Source: Toensbergia leucococca (Eukaryota). Taken from it: a DNA stretch of 64,000 bases. The notes below the pieces were generated by a model. That model did no database searches and had not been told where the DNA came from. It saw only the letters and a list, made by a program, of their open reading frames with translations. Position numbers and translations under genes: made by a program. The stretch covers positions 1 through 64,000 of the forward strand of contig JALDZS010000012.1 of NCBI GenBank assembly GCA_022813965.1. The letters are read 5' to 3'. Shown one piece after another: positions 51,234 through 64,000 of the stretch (position 1 is the first letter of the stretch; the number at the start of each line of letters is the position of its first letter).

Positions 51234-53726
51234 ATGGGGTACACTGAAGATGATACGCTTGCCATCAACACTATTCGTCTTCTAGCCGTGAGTCTACCCC
51301 ACCATTCTCTCTCTACAGATCCGCCCATTGCATATTTTTTGACTTGTGAGCCGATGACACTATGGACTTAAAAATGCAAGCTAACTTTGCTCTCTACTTG
51401 TAGGTCGATGCTGTTGCCAAAGCAAATGCCGGACATCCCGGAGCGCCCATGGGCTTGGCTCCCGTTGCCCACGTTCTATTCAATAAATTCATGAGCTTCA
51501 ATCCTAAAAACCCGGACTGGGTTAACCGCGATAGATTTGTGCTTTCGTAAGTGGTCTTTCTGCTTTCGCGGTCTACCTCTCTTCAGATCCCTTGTCCTAA
51601 GAAATAGCCTCTTTGGCACTTTTGGATAGAGTCTCATATATATTGAGTGATTCTTTTCATAAATGCTGACACAGAGTTTGTGTACAGGAACGGGCATGCA
51701 TGCATGCTGCAATATGCTCTGTTACATCTTTTTGACTACAAAGTCTCCATGGATGACTTGAAAAACTTCCGAGTGTGTGCTTCCACTATCATTTCTTTCA
51801 ATGCTGTACAAACATGATGGCTTACGAATGCCGCCTACCATCTAGCACATTGATAGCATCACTCCCGGTCATCCGGAAGCCCACGATACTGAAGGAATTG
51901 AAGTCACGACTGGACCCCTAGGCCAAGGATTTGCCAATGCTGTCGGTCTTGCCATTGCCCAAGCCCATACTGCTGCCGTCTTCAACAAGCCTGGTTTTGA
52001 GATAATCAACAATCATACCTACTGCATTTTCGGAGATGGATGTGCTATGGAGGGAATTGCAAGCGAGGCTGCTAGTACCGCAGGTCACCTGCAGTTGGGA
52101 AATCTCATCATGATCTATGACGACAATCATATCTCTATCGGTGAGATGGTGACTCCAAATATGGCGCACGATTTGAGCTGACTTTGAAATTTCAGACGGG
52201 GACACCAAATGTGCCTTCACTGAGGATGTCACGAAGCGCTTTGAAGCCTATGGCTGGCATACGCAGTGGGTTAAGGATGGCAATCATGATTTGAAAGGTA
52301 TCGAAGAAGCTATCGCCAAAGCAAAGGCGGTGACCGACAAGCCGTCGATGATCAAGGTTACCACTATTATTGGTTTTGGATCCAAGATGCAGGGCACTGG
52401 AGGAGTGCACGGATCTCCTCTAAAAGCGGATGATATCCGGAGCTGTAAAGAGAAATTTGGCTTCAATCCGGACGAGTCATTTGTCGTACCCCAAAAAGTC
52501 TACGAGATGTACCATGCTCATAGTGCCGAGGGAGCTGCAAAGGAGCAGGAGTGGAATAATTTGTTCGAGAAATATGGCAAAGAACATAAGGCCGAGCACG
52601 CAGATCTTTCACGACGACTAACCGGAAAGTTGCCTGAGGGATGGCAGACAAAATTGCCTACCTACAAGTCTACGGACAAGCCGATGGCATCCCGCAAGAT
52701 GTCCGAAGCTGTTTTGGAAGCTATTCATGGAGCTGTTCCAGACCTTGTTGGTGGTTCTGCAGATTTGACAGGATCTAATAATACTCGTTGGAAGGACGCT
52801 GTCGACTTCCAACCGCCAAACACGGGTATCGGCGACTGGGCCGGTCGGTATATTCGATACGGCGTGCGCGAGCATGGTATGGGCGGTATCATGAATGGAA
52901 TGGCTGCATATGGTACCATAATTCCTTATGGTGGTACCTTTCTCAACTTTGTTTCCTACGCTGCTGGTGCTGTCCGCCTCTCAGCACTTTCTCACTGCCG
53001 CGTGATCTGGGTCGCAACACACGACTCGATCGGTCAAGGCGAGGATGGTCCTACACATCAGCCAATTGAGACCATGGCTCACTTCCGTGCCTTGCCAAAT
53101 ATGATGGTCTGGCGTCCTGCAGATGGCAACGAAACCAGTGCAGCATATTATACGGCGTTGACAGCCAAATCGACACCTAGTATCATCGCTCTGTCTCGTC
53201 AGGATCTAACCCACCTTGAGAATTCAAGTATTGAGAGTGCTATCAAGGGAGGTTATGTTGCCGTCGAAGCTGAAAATGCTGACCTCACTCTTGTCAGCAC
53301 TGGGTCAGAAGTCGCCATTTGTATCGAAGCCGTTAAGTATCTAAAGGACAACCACAAGCTCACCGCTCGGGTTGTCTCCATTCCGTGTTTTGAGGTTTTC
53401 GACACACAGTCTCAGGACTATCGCCTCAAAGTTCTGCCTGATGGTATTCCCATTATGAGTGTAGAGCCATTTTCTACTCTAGGCTGGGAGAGATATTCGC
53501 ATGAGCAATTTGGACTGAATAGATTCGGTGCCAGTGGAGCATACAAAGACATTTACAAGGTGATTCAGACGTCGGCTCAAGACAAAATTATGTATACTGA
53601 TGAATACTACAGAAATTCGAATTTACACCTGAAGGTATTAGCAAACGTGCTGTGGCAACCCACGATTTCTACAAGGGTATAAAGGTCCGCTCGCCACTTA
53701 ACCGCGCATTCAAGCAACTTATTTAG
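51234..53726 (+). CDS. TKL1: Transketolase; multi-exon
   Basis: [63 protein letters not shown] and [18 protein letters not shown]. Confidence 0.97.
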
Positions 53727-53840
53727 GAATCGTTCTCGGAACTCAGCGTCACGGCAGTGGTCTAATGAAGTAAGTCGGCGCCTTGCACGCAATGTTTCAT
53801 ACCCTTATAAATAGAATCAAGTCGAACATGATACTATCGA

Positions 53841-54491
53841 TCACTTGCTTTGTGCCTCATGATCGTTCGAGATATCTGCGCTGCCCACTAGCTTATCCTG
53901 GTTCATCTCTCCTACGTCCAGAGCTACTAGAAACCGACTAACACAATTATACGCTGCCACCGTCGCCGTGATTTCCACAATTTCTCTTTCACTGAAATAG
54001 TTCTTGAGCTTTTCAAACACTTCGTTAGGCACTTTCACCCCAAGCGTCATATGATCTGTATAATCCATCACAGCCCGCTGACTTTTCCTCAATCCCCCCT
54101 CCTTTCCCTCGCCCTTCCCACCGCTCTCCTCCTCGCCTAAATCTGATTGTTCTACCTTCGAACGCATCTCCCTAATCTCCTGCATACCATCATCTCCCAC
54201 CCCAGCTTCCCTTGCTATCGGCGCATGATGCATCCACTCATACTCGGCATGATTGAGCACCGCCACCCTGCATATAGCAATCTCCCTTATATCAGCAGGC
54301 AACGAGGTGCAAGTGCGGATTGCGCCGAGAAAGGTATTCCAGCCGTCCGCTACAGGAGGAGAGTGTAGGAGGGTTAGGTCGAGGGCTTGGAGGGGGTGGG
54401 GACTTCGACGGGCGCGGACGCGAGAGATGATGGCAAGATCTTCTGAAGAACTAGTGGAGGAGGGGGGGTCGCGTATGTATGGGAGGCGCAT
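53841..54491 (-). CDS. Carboxymuconolactone decarboxylase / AhpD-like protein
   Basis: MRLPY, LDLTLLHSPPVADGWN, REIAICRVAVLNHAEYEWMHHAP and EIVEITATVAAYNCVSRFLVALDVGE. Confidence 0.9.
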   Translation of the reverse strand: MRLPYIRDPPSSTSSSEDLAIISRVRARRSPHPLQALDLTLLHSPPVADGWNTFLGAIRTCTSLPADIREIAICRVAVLNHAEYEWMHHAPIAREAGVGDDGMQEIREMRSKVEQSDLGEEESGGKGEGKEGGLRKSQRAVMDYTDHMTLGVKVPNEVFEKLKNYFSEREIVEITATVAAYNCVSRFLVALDVGEMNQDKLVGSADISNDHEAQSK

Positions 54492-54838
54492 GGTGGAAGA
54501 TTATCTATCGGAGGAGACTGTAGATATTTGGGCTGGTACGGATCGAGGGATAGACTTTGATAAGATCTGAAGGCGGGAGTGGCGGATCTGGGGAAATTGA
54601 CGGCGGGCGCCGTGGTGGCTTTGCAGGCCGACTGGCTGATGTCATTTTATTGGAGCAGACTTGCCCTACCAGTGCGAGAATTCACTCTGAGGTGCATGAT
54701 CGTAAATAGCGCATTTTCTTCACCTCAATTGAGCTACATATCACTTCCATTTCCCAGTTCCTGCTCATGTTCAATCTGACATTCGGCTTCCCATAATATC
54801 TGATCCCACGAAGCCCACATCATCACTCTCACCCAGCC

Positions 54839-55954
<1,116 letters not shown>

Positions 55955-56222
55955 TGGGGGGTTGGCCGTGAGTGAGGAATGGAATATGGAGTTCCGGTTG
56001 AAGGTTGGTTGATTGGGCGAGCTGGCTTGATGGATGCGGCTTGATACCTGTGATAGTGAGAGCGAAAATATCATGATCTACGCTCAGCCCTCTCTGGCCT
56101 CCCTCTGCGCCGGTGATGCAAGCCAGCCCCCGTCCCCCCAAAGGAATCAACACCCTCCTCCTCCCACCTTTACAAGAAACAAACTTTATAACAATGAAAC
56201 GCCATTCCTCGGACTCGTCGCC

Positions 56223-58797
56223 TCAAACCTCCAGCACGTAATTCGCCGGCACACTCTTCACCACACCCCCCTTCTCCACATCCGCCCACCCATCCCCTTC
56301 ATCCCTCTTGACCAAGACGAAACGCTCCCCCTCCTTCATGCTCCACTCCCCGTCACTCCTTGCCTCATAATCATATAGTGCCTCTACATAACTCAACTTG
56401 CGCGCCCCTCTTTTCGGCGCCACGGCGGGTCCTTTTTTCTTTCCCGTGCCCGTGGCCGTGATGCTGCCGGTTAGGGAGACGGAGGAGTTGGAATAGGTGG
56501 AGCCAGTAGGGGTGGAGGGGGGGAGGGCTTCGAGGTAGGAGGAGGGGACTAGGCCTGTGGTGGTGGCGGTGCGGATGGTTGTCCAGCCAGAGCCGTCTGG
56601 GAAGTTAGTTTAGAGGGTGAGGTTTCTTTGAGGAAATGGGGAGAGGAGCGTACCGTCCGGTTCGACGATTGTGATTTCTTGACCTTCGTCTATGGAGAGT
56701 TCACCTTCTCCGTTGGCTTGGTAAGAGTAGAGCATTTTGCCTCTTGCGTCTGTGGATTTTGGGTAGTGGGATGGACCTCCGCCGTTGGAGCCGTTAACGG
56801 GGAGTTCGCTTACGTATTGCATAGGTGGTGGGGCAACAACTCGATTCTTCCGGGGGGCGATGGGGTTGGATGTCGTAGGATGGGGTGGGCTGCTTCGCTC
56901 TGGAACGTCTTCGTTGGGCGTCCTTCCTCCGACGCCAGAGACAGATCTGTGTGCGCTTGCAGCATACCCAGAACTAAGAGTGTCCATGGTGTTTGTCCTG
57001 CTCAATGCTGGCAGCTCCGAAATGCCGTCGGGTGCACCGCCGTTGGATTGAGGGTGAAGGGCATTTGCTTCTTGCTGCCGTTCTGTCTTTAGCTTTTTTT
57101 TGTCTTCCTTTGATTGTTCTCCTGGGCATTGGGCAGGGACTTTCATCTCGCATTTGCTATGGCAGGTGTAGCCGCAGTCTCGGCAATCAAATCCTTTGGC
57201 TGATAAGCCCCATATTCTCTCCCCACAAAGGTCGCAGTTGGTTGGAATTTTAAAGGTTTGAGATTTGAAATTGTGATTTTGAGCTCCGAGCGATACGTCG
57301 CCGACAGCAGAGGTAATGGTTGAGGCCTCTATTTCTGCAGTCAAGCGTTTCCGCTCGGTCTGGTGAAGATCCTCCTGCATGGAAAACATTGCTTTTACGA
57401 GCTCAACCTCATCTCTCTTGTCCCTGCCTTCTCGTATAGACTGCCGTATTCGTTTTACGTTCTCGACCTCCCTTCGCTTTGCATCGATCTCACGTTTGAA
57501 CTCTCCTAGTTGTCCTTTACTTTTGCCTAGTACATTCCGCAGAAATACTTTCGCTGCTTCGTCTACAGCCATGGCACTGTCGTCGAGCCAAACAGGACTG
57601 GGCTCAAAGATCAAGTCTAGTGGTCGTTGCCAAGGTGCTCCGTTGTGTCGTACGAACATGATTGAATCTAGTCGTGGATCATTGCGTGGAATCTCTGAGC
57701 TTAGATGCTGTAGATGATCCGTAGATCGAGAAAGAGAAGAGGATTCTAATCGTACAGCTTGGGACCATATTGAATTCAATTGGATCACACGCGTTTCAGA
57801 AAGATCTTGGAGACTCTAGCTAAAGAGTAAGCATGAATTTTACAGTGATAGCAGGGATTAATGGACCTCTTACGTCTAAAAGATCGGGAACGTACTCGTG
57901 GTAATACCTCTCCACTTGCTTGTTTGTGGCATTGATATTTATCAAATAGGTATTCTAGGTGGATTCAGCGATCTGTCGAGCACTTTTAAAGACGAGCATT
58001 TTACCTTGACATTATGCATATCCATAATCTGCTGTTGGTACGCATTCTGAGCCTTAGTTTTCCCATGATCAAATGATGTCTCAATCTTCTTGCGCCGGTT
58101 CTCCACCTCCTGACAGGCTCCATCATAGCGTCCCTTTGTTTTCTTGAGGTCACCATACGAAACATCTCTTTCCCTTTCTAACTTTGCTGCATAGTCGGCG
58201 TGGCTTTTCCGTATCTCCTCATAGCGTGCAGCGAGGTTTTTGAGAGGGTCTGCAATCTGTACAACGAGTTCTGAAGCATATCTGTCATGCTCCGCTGCTC
58301 GTGACTCGAGTGTGGAGAGCTGTGTAGTCCATGTCGTCAGGGAGGCACTGTAATATCCCAGTCAGCAGATTCCTCGCGGGGCAGACGTTATGGCGGGCAC
58401 CTTTCCAGAGATCCTGGGGTCAGACTAGGAGTATCTCCGACGCTCAGGCTACTCGACTTCCTTGCCTTTTTCTCGAAGTGTTTTTTTGCCAAAGCATATA
58501 GTTTGGAGCTGTACTCTTTCTCTATAGCACCCCGCTCCCTATAGAACTGTTGTATATCATCAAGCCAAGTAATCCCATTCGAGACCTAAATGTAAAGTGA
58601 GATCTTGCCAGTCCATGCAGGGCACCGAGCATCGGCGCAATAGAACACAGATCTTACCCATGCATTGACTGGTTTGAAGCTGTCCTGACGGGAGGAGAAA
58701 TGTCAGTGTTGAGCTCCTTTTCATGGACAAGTGAGTGAGAGGACAAAGATACCTTCAACTCCTCTCCGAATCTCGGAGCTACATCAACATCAGCCAT
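56223..58797 (-). CDS. BZZ1: Actin-polymerisation regulator Bzz1 (F-BAR, C1, two SH3 domains); multi-exon
   Basis: MADVDVAPRFGEELK; WLDDIQQFYRERGAIEKEYS (F-BAR); HNFKSQTFKIPTNCDLCGERIWGLSAKGFDCRDCGYTCHSKC (C1); SH3 domains GKMLYSYQANGEGEL and ALYDYEARSDGE..VPANYV. Confidence 0.95.
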
Positions 58798-59435
58798 GCT
58801 GTCGCATGCGCACTACACAAGCCCAGGGCCGTGCAGGATCACTGAATTTTGCCAGTACTTGGCAAATTGCGACATGCGTGAAAAGGGTATATTCACGAAG
58901 AATGCTCCAATCATATCCGAAGAGAACAGAGTCTGAGGGGGGTAACAATTGTATGGAGTCTTCTCAGTATCCTCCGACCGGACATTAGTCCGATTAGAAT
59001 ATGCCGCCGCAAAAATATCGGGCCGAGCTTATGCTTAAATACTCCGTAGATAGAAGTCCAATCGAGGAATTATCAAAATTCAACGAACAGTCCTCACTCA
59101 GACAGCAGACATTTACTTTGAAGACGCTGTACAAGCACGGCTTATCCACAAGAAGTAAATTGGGTCGCCTGCATTTCTTCCAGAACACCACCTTCACTGT
59201 TGAAGCAGCTAACCATATTGGGCCGCCGAGAAAGAACGGCAAGCAGCCCACGCATATGGCTACATGATAAATCTCCCGGTGTTTCTTGCACCTCTCTTTT
59301 CTAAATACAATTATCTTTCAACACTCACAACCACACTCTCTGTTTGATACCATTCTTTGAGAGTTTTCGTTTTTCTGTTTTTCACCTCCAGAAATATTGA
59401 GCACTGGGTTCTCACTGCCAGTTCCACTGGAAACC

Positions 59436-61272
59436 ATGGCTTCTGAAAAAGCAATCATTCCGGCCTCTCTTGAGGATCGCATCTCTAAGCCTGAGCCTGC
59501 CGAGAGCGAAACTTCCCAGGGTGAATCCTCCAAGGGTACGAATGTAGCTGCACCATCATTTGTTCCTGGCCAGAAAGATTCCTGGGCGGACGACACCACT
59601 TCTCCAATCGATGCTAATCCCAAACCCGCTGCAGATACTAAGACTACGGCCCATGAGAGCAGCTTGTCCACGGCTCAGACAGATGGTGCTTCCGAGGATC
59701 TTGGCGGCTCTGGTCTTCACGAACCTGCATATAGCGTTAATGTCAAGTTGAGCGACAAGATCAAATTTGATAATGACGCCAAGTTAAGTGACATCCAGTC
59801 GGACCCCAACAATCCTCTCTATTCTATCAAGAGCTTTGAGGACCTCAATTTGTGAGTGTCAAAATCATGCATACAGCGATATTGAGACTCATAGCATTCC
59901 ATAGAGACCCAGTTGTTCTCAAAGGAATCTATCAGATGCGCTTTACGCGTCCATCCAAGATTCAAGAAAAAGCTCTGCCTCTTTTACTCGCAGATCCCCC
60001 AATTAACATGATCGGCCAATCTCAATCTGGTACAGGCAAGACCGCTGCCTTTGTCTTGAATATCCTATCTCGCTTGGACCTGGTTAATCCTGGCATGGTC
60101 ACAACTCCTCAAGCTATCTGTCTCGCGCCTACCCGCGAGTTGGCTCGTCAAATCATGGGAGTTATCCAGGTTATGGGTATGTTTCTTGATAATTTAGAAG
60201 TTCAGGCGGCAATTCCAATGGACCGAGCCGATCGTGGAAAGAAATTGGTTGGACAGATTATTGTTGGTACCCCAGGCACCACAACGGATTTGATACGAAA
60301 GGGCTTGCTCGATGTAAGAAAGATCAAGACATTGGTTCTCGACGAGGCGGACAATATGTTAGATCAGCAAGGCCTCGGAGAGCAGTGCATTCGTGTCAAG
60401 ATGTAAGTGAAACGTTCTTCCTCGTTTTTTGCAATCTTGCTGAAACGTCTGGTCAGGATGCTGCCCAAGGACATTCAAGTCGTCTTATTCTCGGCAACCT
60501 TTCCGAACGCGGTCGTCAAATATGCAATGAAATTTGCTCCTGACGCCCACCAGATCACTCTTCATCACGAGGACCTCACAGTCGATGGGATCAAGCAATT
60601 GTATCTCGATTGCCCATCCGAGTCTAGCAAGTTTGACATTTTGGTAAAGCTCTATGGTCTCATGACCGTTGGATCTTCCATCATTTTCGTCAAGGTACGG
60701 TTGAATCGCACAGCTCTTCTTATGCGTACTAATACAAGTAGACTCGTGACACGGCCGCCGAGATTGAACGTCGTATGACTGCTCAAGGGCATCAGTGCGT
60801 TTCGCTGACCGGCGCTTTCGAGGGTTCACAGCGAGATGTCATCATCGACGCCTTTCGTGATAGCAAAGCTAAGGTACTAATCACTACTAATGTTCTGGCT
60901 CGTGGTATTGACGTTCAGTCTGTTTCGCTGGTCATCAATTACGTACGCTAAGCACCCTTCATTGAGCAACAAGTCATGATACTTACTGTCCATCAGGATG
61001 TTCCTGATGATAATCGTGGCCACGCTGACACTCAGACCTATTTGCATCGTATTGGTCGTACCGGGCGGTTTGGGCGTGTCGGCGTCGCCATTAGCTTCGT
61101 CTACGACACAGCTAGCTGGAACATGCTCATGGAGATCCGGGATTACTTCAATGTGGAGATCACCGGGGTCCAGACCAATGACTGGGATAAGGTCGAGGAG
61201 GCCATCAAGAAAGTGATAAAGAGCTCGCGTGCTGGGAGCAATTTTTCTTCTGTGAACGAGAATGCAATGTGA
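59436..61272 (+). CDS. DBP5: DEAD-box RNA helicase Dbp5 (mRNA export); 5 exons
   Basis: [61 protein letters not shown] and [13 protein letters not shown]. Confidence 0.97.
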
Positions 61273-64000
61273 GCTACCATAAAACTGGACTGGAACGGGA
61301 CGAGAGGTCGAGCGCGAACGTGTTGTTTGAACATATTGACGCGGACTTTTGCTGACTGGATCCGTGGTTTTCTTTTTTCTTAGGGAATATGTTCTTGATT
61401 GAGTATCAGCTCGGATGTCCTCTCCCCTATCTGACAACTGACATGGAAGGGTATACTGGTGTGGTGTGGCGGAGGGGGCATGAGATACGAAACAGATGAT
61501 GGAATGATAGATGCGGAGGATATTGGTGGATGCTTGCTCCTTGTGGTTGGCTTGGTTATTCGGGGCGGTAGAATAGGCCCGGATAGCAGCGATTTGCCCA
61601 ATTAAAAGCAACTTTACTTTTTGTCAACAATGGTGGTTCTTGTGTGCTTTGAACCCTTGTTGATGGAGAGCCTGGAGAAATACACGTTACTCGACCGGCT
61701 AAATGAGGGTCCATCTATCCTGCAACGAGAACGCCCGTGCGGTTGGGGAGTCTGTCTCCCGCGTCACCGCAACCCATCTCCACACCAAAACCAAGCAGCC
61801 AAGATCCAACCCAAAAAAAATTCGTCCCAGCTCCCTAAATCCCCCCCAAAACAACCCCATCAACTATACTACACCAAGCATGCCAATCACCTTTTTCGAG
61901 CGTTTTCCATTTACCGCAGTTGGTGCGTGACGCTGCTGGGAGTTTCGATTTTCCTGAAAAGCCCTACTATGTTTACTCGACTTGTACTAATCGCCTTACT
62001 GGTACTCGTATGAGTGGTTGTTATTTTAAGGAATTGGGGTTTGGGGGGATGTGAGGGACTGGGGTGCAAAGGGGGTGTGTGGGGTTTTTGGGGGATGTGA
62101 GGGAATTGTGTTGTTGCTTGATGTGTAATTGTGCTGTTGTTTATTTGGTATGGGAGGTATTTGAGAAAAGGTATTGTGATCACAAGGTACATTTATATCG
62201 AATATCTACCGGGCGGGAGGGTGTATTTCTCCTTGTCCCTTGATTCTTTTGCTTTCAATGTTGTGACTGCGTTTTTGGAGGGTGTTGGTTGGACTTTGGG
62301 GATCTTGCGTGAGGTACATATTAAGGGGGGAGTTGGAGATACGTAGGGTTAGGGGTGTCAAAGGGGTAAATGTCACCGAATTTGCTGGAGTTGATTTAGA
62401 ACAAAGTCAACGTCGTGAAGGTCAGAAAGGTCTTTTCGGCCTAGCTGTTCTGTATGATCTGGTAACAGACTTTGAGCAGATTATAATAATAAGCCATATA
62501 GATCAATTAGATTATGCTTTACAAACGCCAACATATCTCATCTTCTTCCAGCAAACCCTTTCTTTCCGCCCCCGTGTTCCATCGATACGAAACACCCTTA
62601 TCAACTCAATTCCCCTGCCCTGACCTTCTCCGCCTTATACAGCATTCCCTCTCATAGCCCCGTCGAAACCGACCTCCCACAACTCACTCACATTCTCGCC
62701 TATTCCCAGTCACAACTCTCCCCGACTAACCCAGCCAATCTCTCCAACCCTACACGATCCACCTCATCAAATGCACCCACAACAGTACAATCAATATCGA
62801 TAATAGCTACCACCTATGACACTCAATATATCAGCTATCATGCCCTCTCTTCACCTTCTCTCCTAAACTGACCTCTTCCCCCACTTTCACAGGCACAACA
62901 ATCTCGCTCCTACTCTCTCCATCACAAGCTATATGCCCTGGGAACACCCGCACGTCGTGCACCACTTGTGTGGTGCCATCTCGCGCGGCAGTACCGCAGA
63001 CGCCACGGCCGAGAAGGATGGTTTGGCAAGCGGGTTTGCCTTGGAAGGGGCCGAGGAGGAGGTGGGTGCGGGAGTGGGGTTGTCGGGGGAGGATGTAGAA
63101 TCCTGATAGGGGAGGAGTTAATTTTAATTGAGCGGTTTGTTGGGGGGAGGAGGTTACCAGCCCAATTAACGCAATTGGATGGATAGGTGAGGGATTTGTA
63201 GGCGTGCCAGAGGAGAGAGGAGGTGTTTGCTAGGTTGCTGTTGAGGTTGAATTAGCACTGGAATATTTGGCCTATGTCGAGGTGTGGATTGGAACATACG
63301 CACCATACCTACGATCGTGGAAGGTGGGTGTTAGGCAATATTCTTTGTTTTGATCCCGAGTTGGGAATCTAGGGAACTACCCAGTTTCTTTGGCCTTCGA
63401 GGAGCAGCGAAGCTTGCTCGTAGAGTTGATTGTAGGTTTCTTGCTTGGAAAGGCTGGAGCGGAAGTCGGACGATGAAGCGTGGTGAGTCTGGGGATGGGA
63501 TCAGCTGAATTAAGGGATTGAGGGGTGGTTCTGGGGAGAGGAGGAGTTTTTCTGACCATATCTTGTGGGGGTTTGTTATGGTGATTTTGGTGCATACGTT
63601 CAGGTACCTATTCCAGACGATGCATTTCTTCAATTCGAGGGTTGTTCCACATGAACAATAGCTGACCTCATCACGCATAGAATAGTAATCACATACAGGA
63701 CTGGGCTCAGTCTATGACATGAGACGAGATTGGATTATTGATGGAATAATTCGAGATAGATGAGCATCATGGGTTCTCAAGCAGAACACTTGCTTCAAAA
63801 GTGCAATCCGACTTATTAAGTACGGACTGGTTTGGTACGCATTGGGTTCACCAATCGATATGAAGCCAAATTGAAATGACCATACCTTGGCACGATTAGT
63901 ACAATTCAATAGAAACCGTCGAATGTTTTAGGCGCTAAAAAACCATTGGGAATCGGGCGCGTTTTCACCTAGTTACACAAATATGCATGAGTGTCGCGGT

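Noticed and set aside
61969..62346. Possible small secreted protein starting MFTRLVLIALLVL
   Set aside because: A donor site follows, but I could not find a convincing acceptor and frame giving a credible product.
62600..63909. Short minus-strand ORFs near the window end
   Set aside because: No motifs or consistent exon chain, so a gene call cannot be supported.

Overview
Gene-dense, intron-containing DNA from a filamentous ascomycete (Pezizomycotina; inferred from GT-AG introns with CTAAC/CTGAC-type branch sites and from the gene content). Conserved housekeeping genes lie on both flanks: an AKR7-type reductase, a DMT transporter, PMI40, SGF29 and ARF6 on the left; URB2, MIC10, a copper-fist TF, SIN Cdc14, SAM35, a carbonyl reductase, a homeobox TF, TKL1, a CMD/AhpD protein, SPE3, BZZ1 and DBP5 on the right. 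Between ARF6 and URB2 is a ~16 kb accessory interval (~13.1-29.5 kb). It holds a KP4 killer-toxin-like secreted protein, a 4-TM protein, decayed sequence, and a tight four-gene cluster. The cluster encodes a caspase-like (peptidase C14) protease fused to a pseudokinase, a ~85-aa SH3/Tudor-like protein, a DUF6594-like membrane protein and a kinase-Sel1-ankyrin protein. This cluster is the best candidate for an undescribed immunity/regulated-cell-death module. Also seen: MFS and Fic-domain pseudogenes, a 155-codon ORF nested in a 600-nt SGF29 intron, and recurrent islands where strand skew flips from C/A-rich to G/T-rich, often in mid-gene. All gene models were spliced by eye and all family calls come from motif recognition; no database searches were run.
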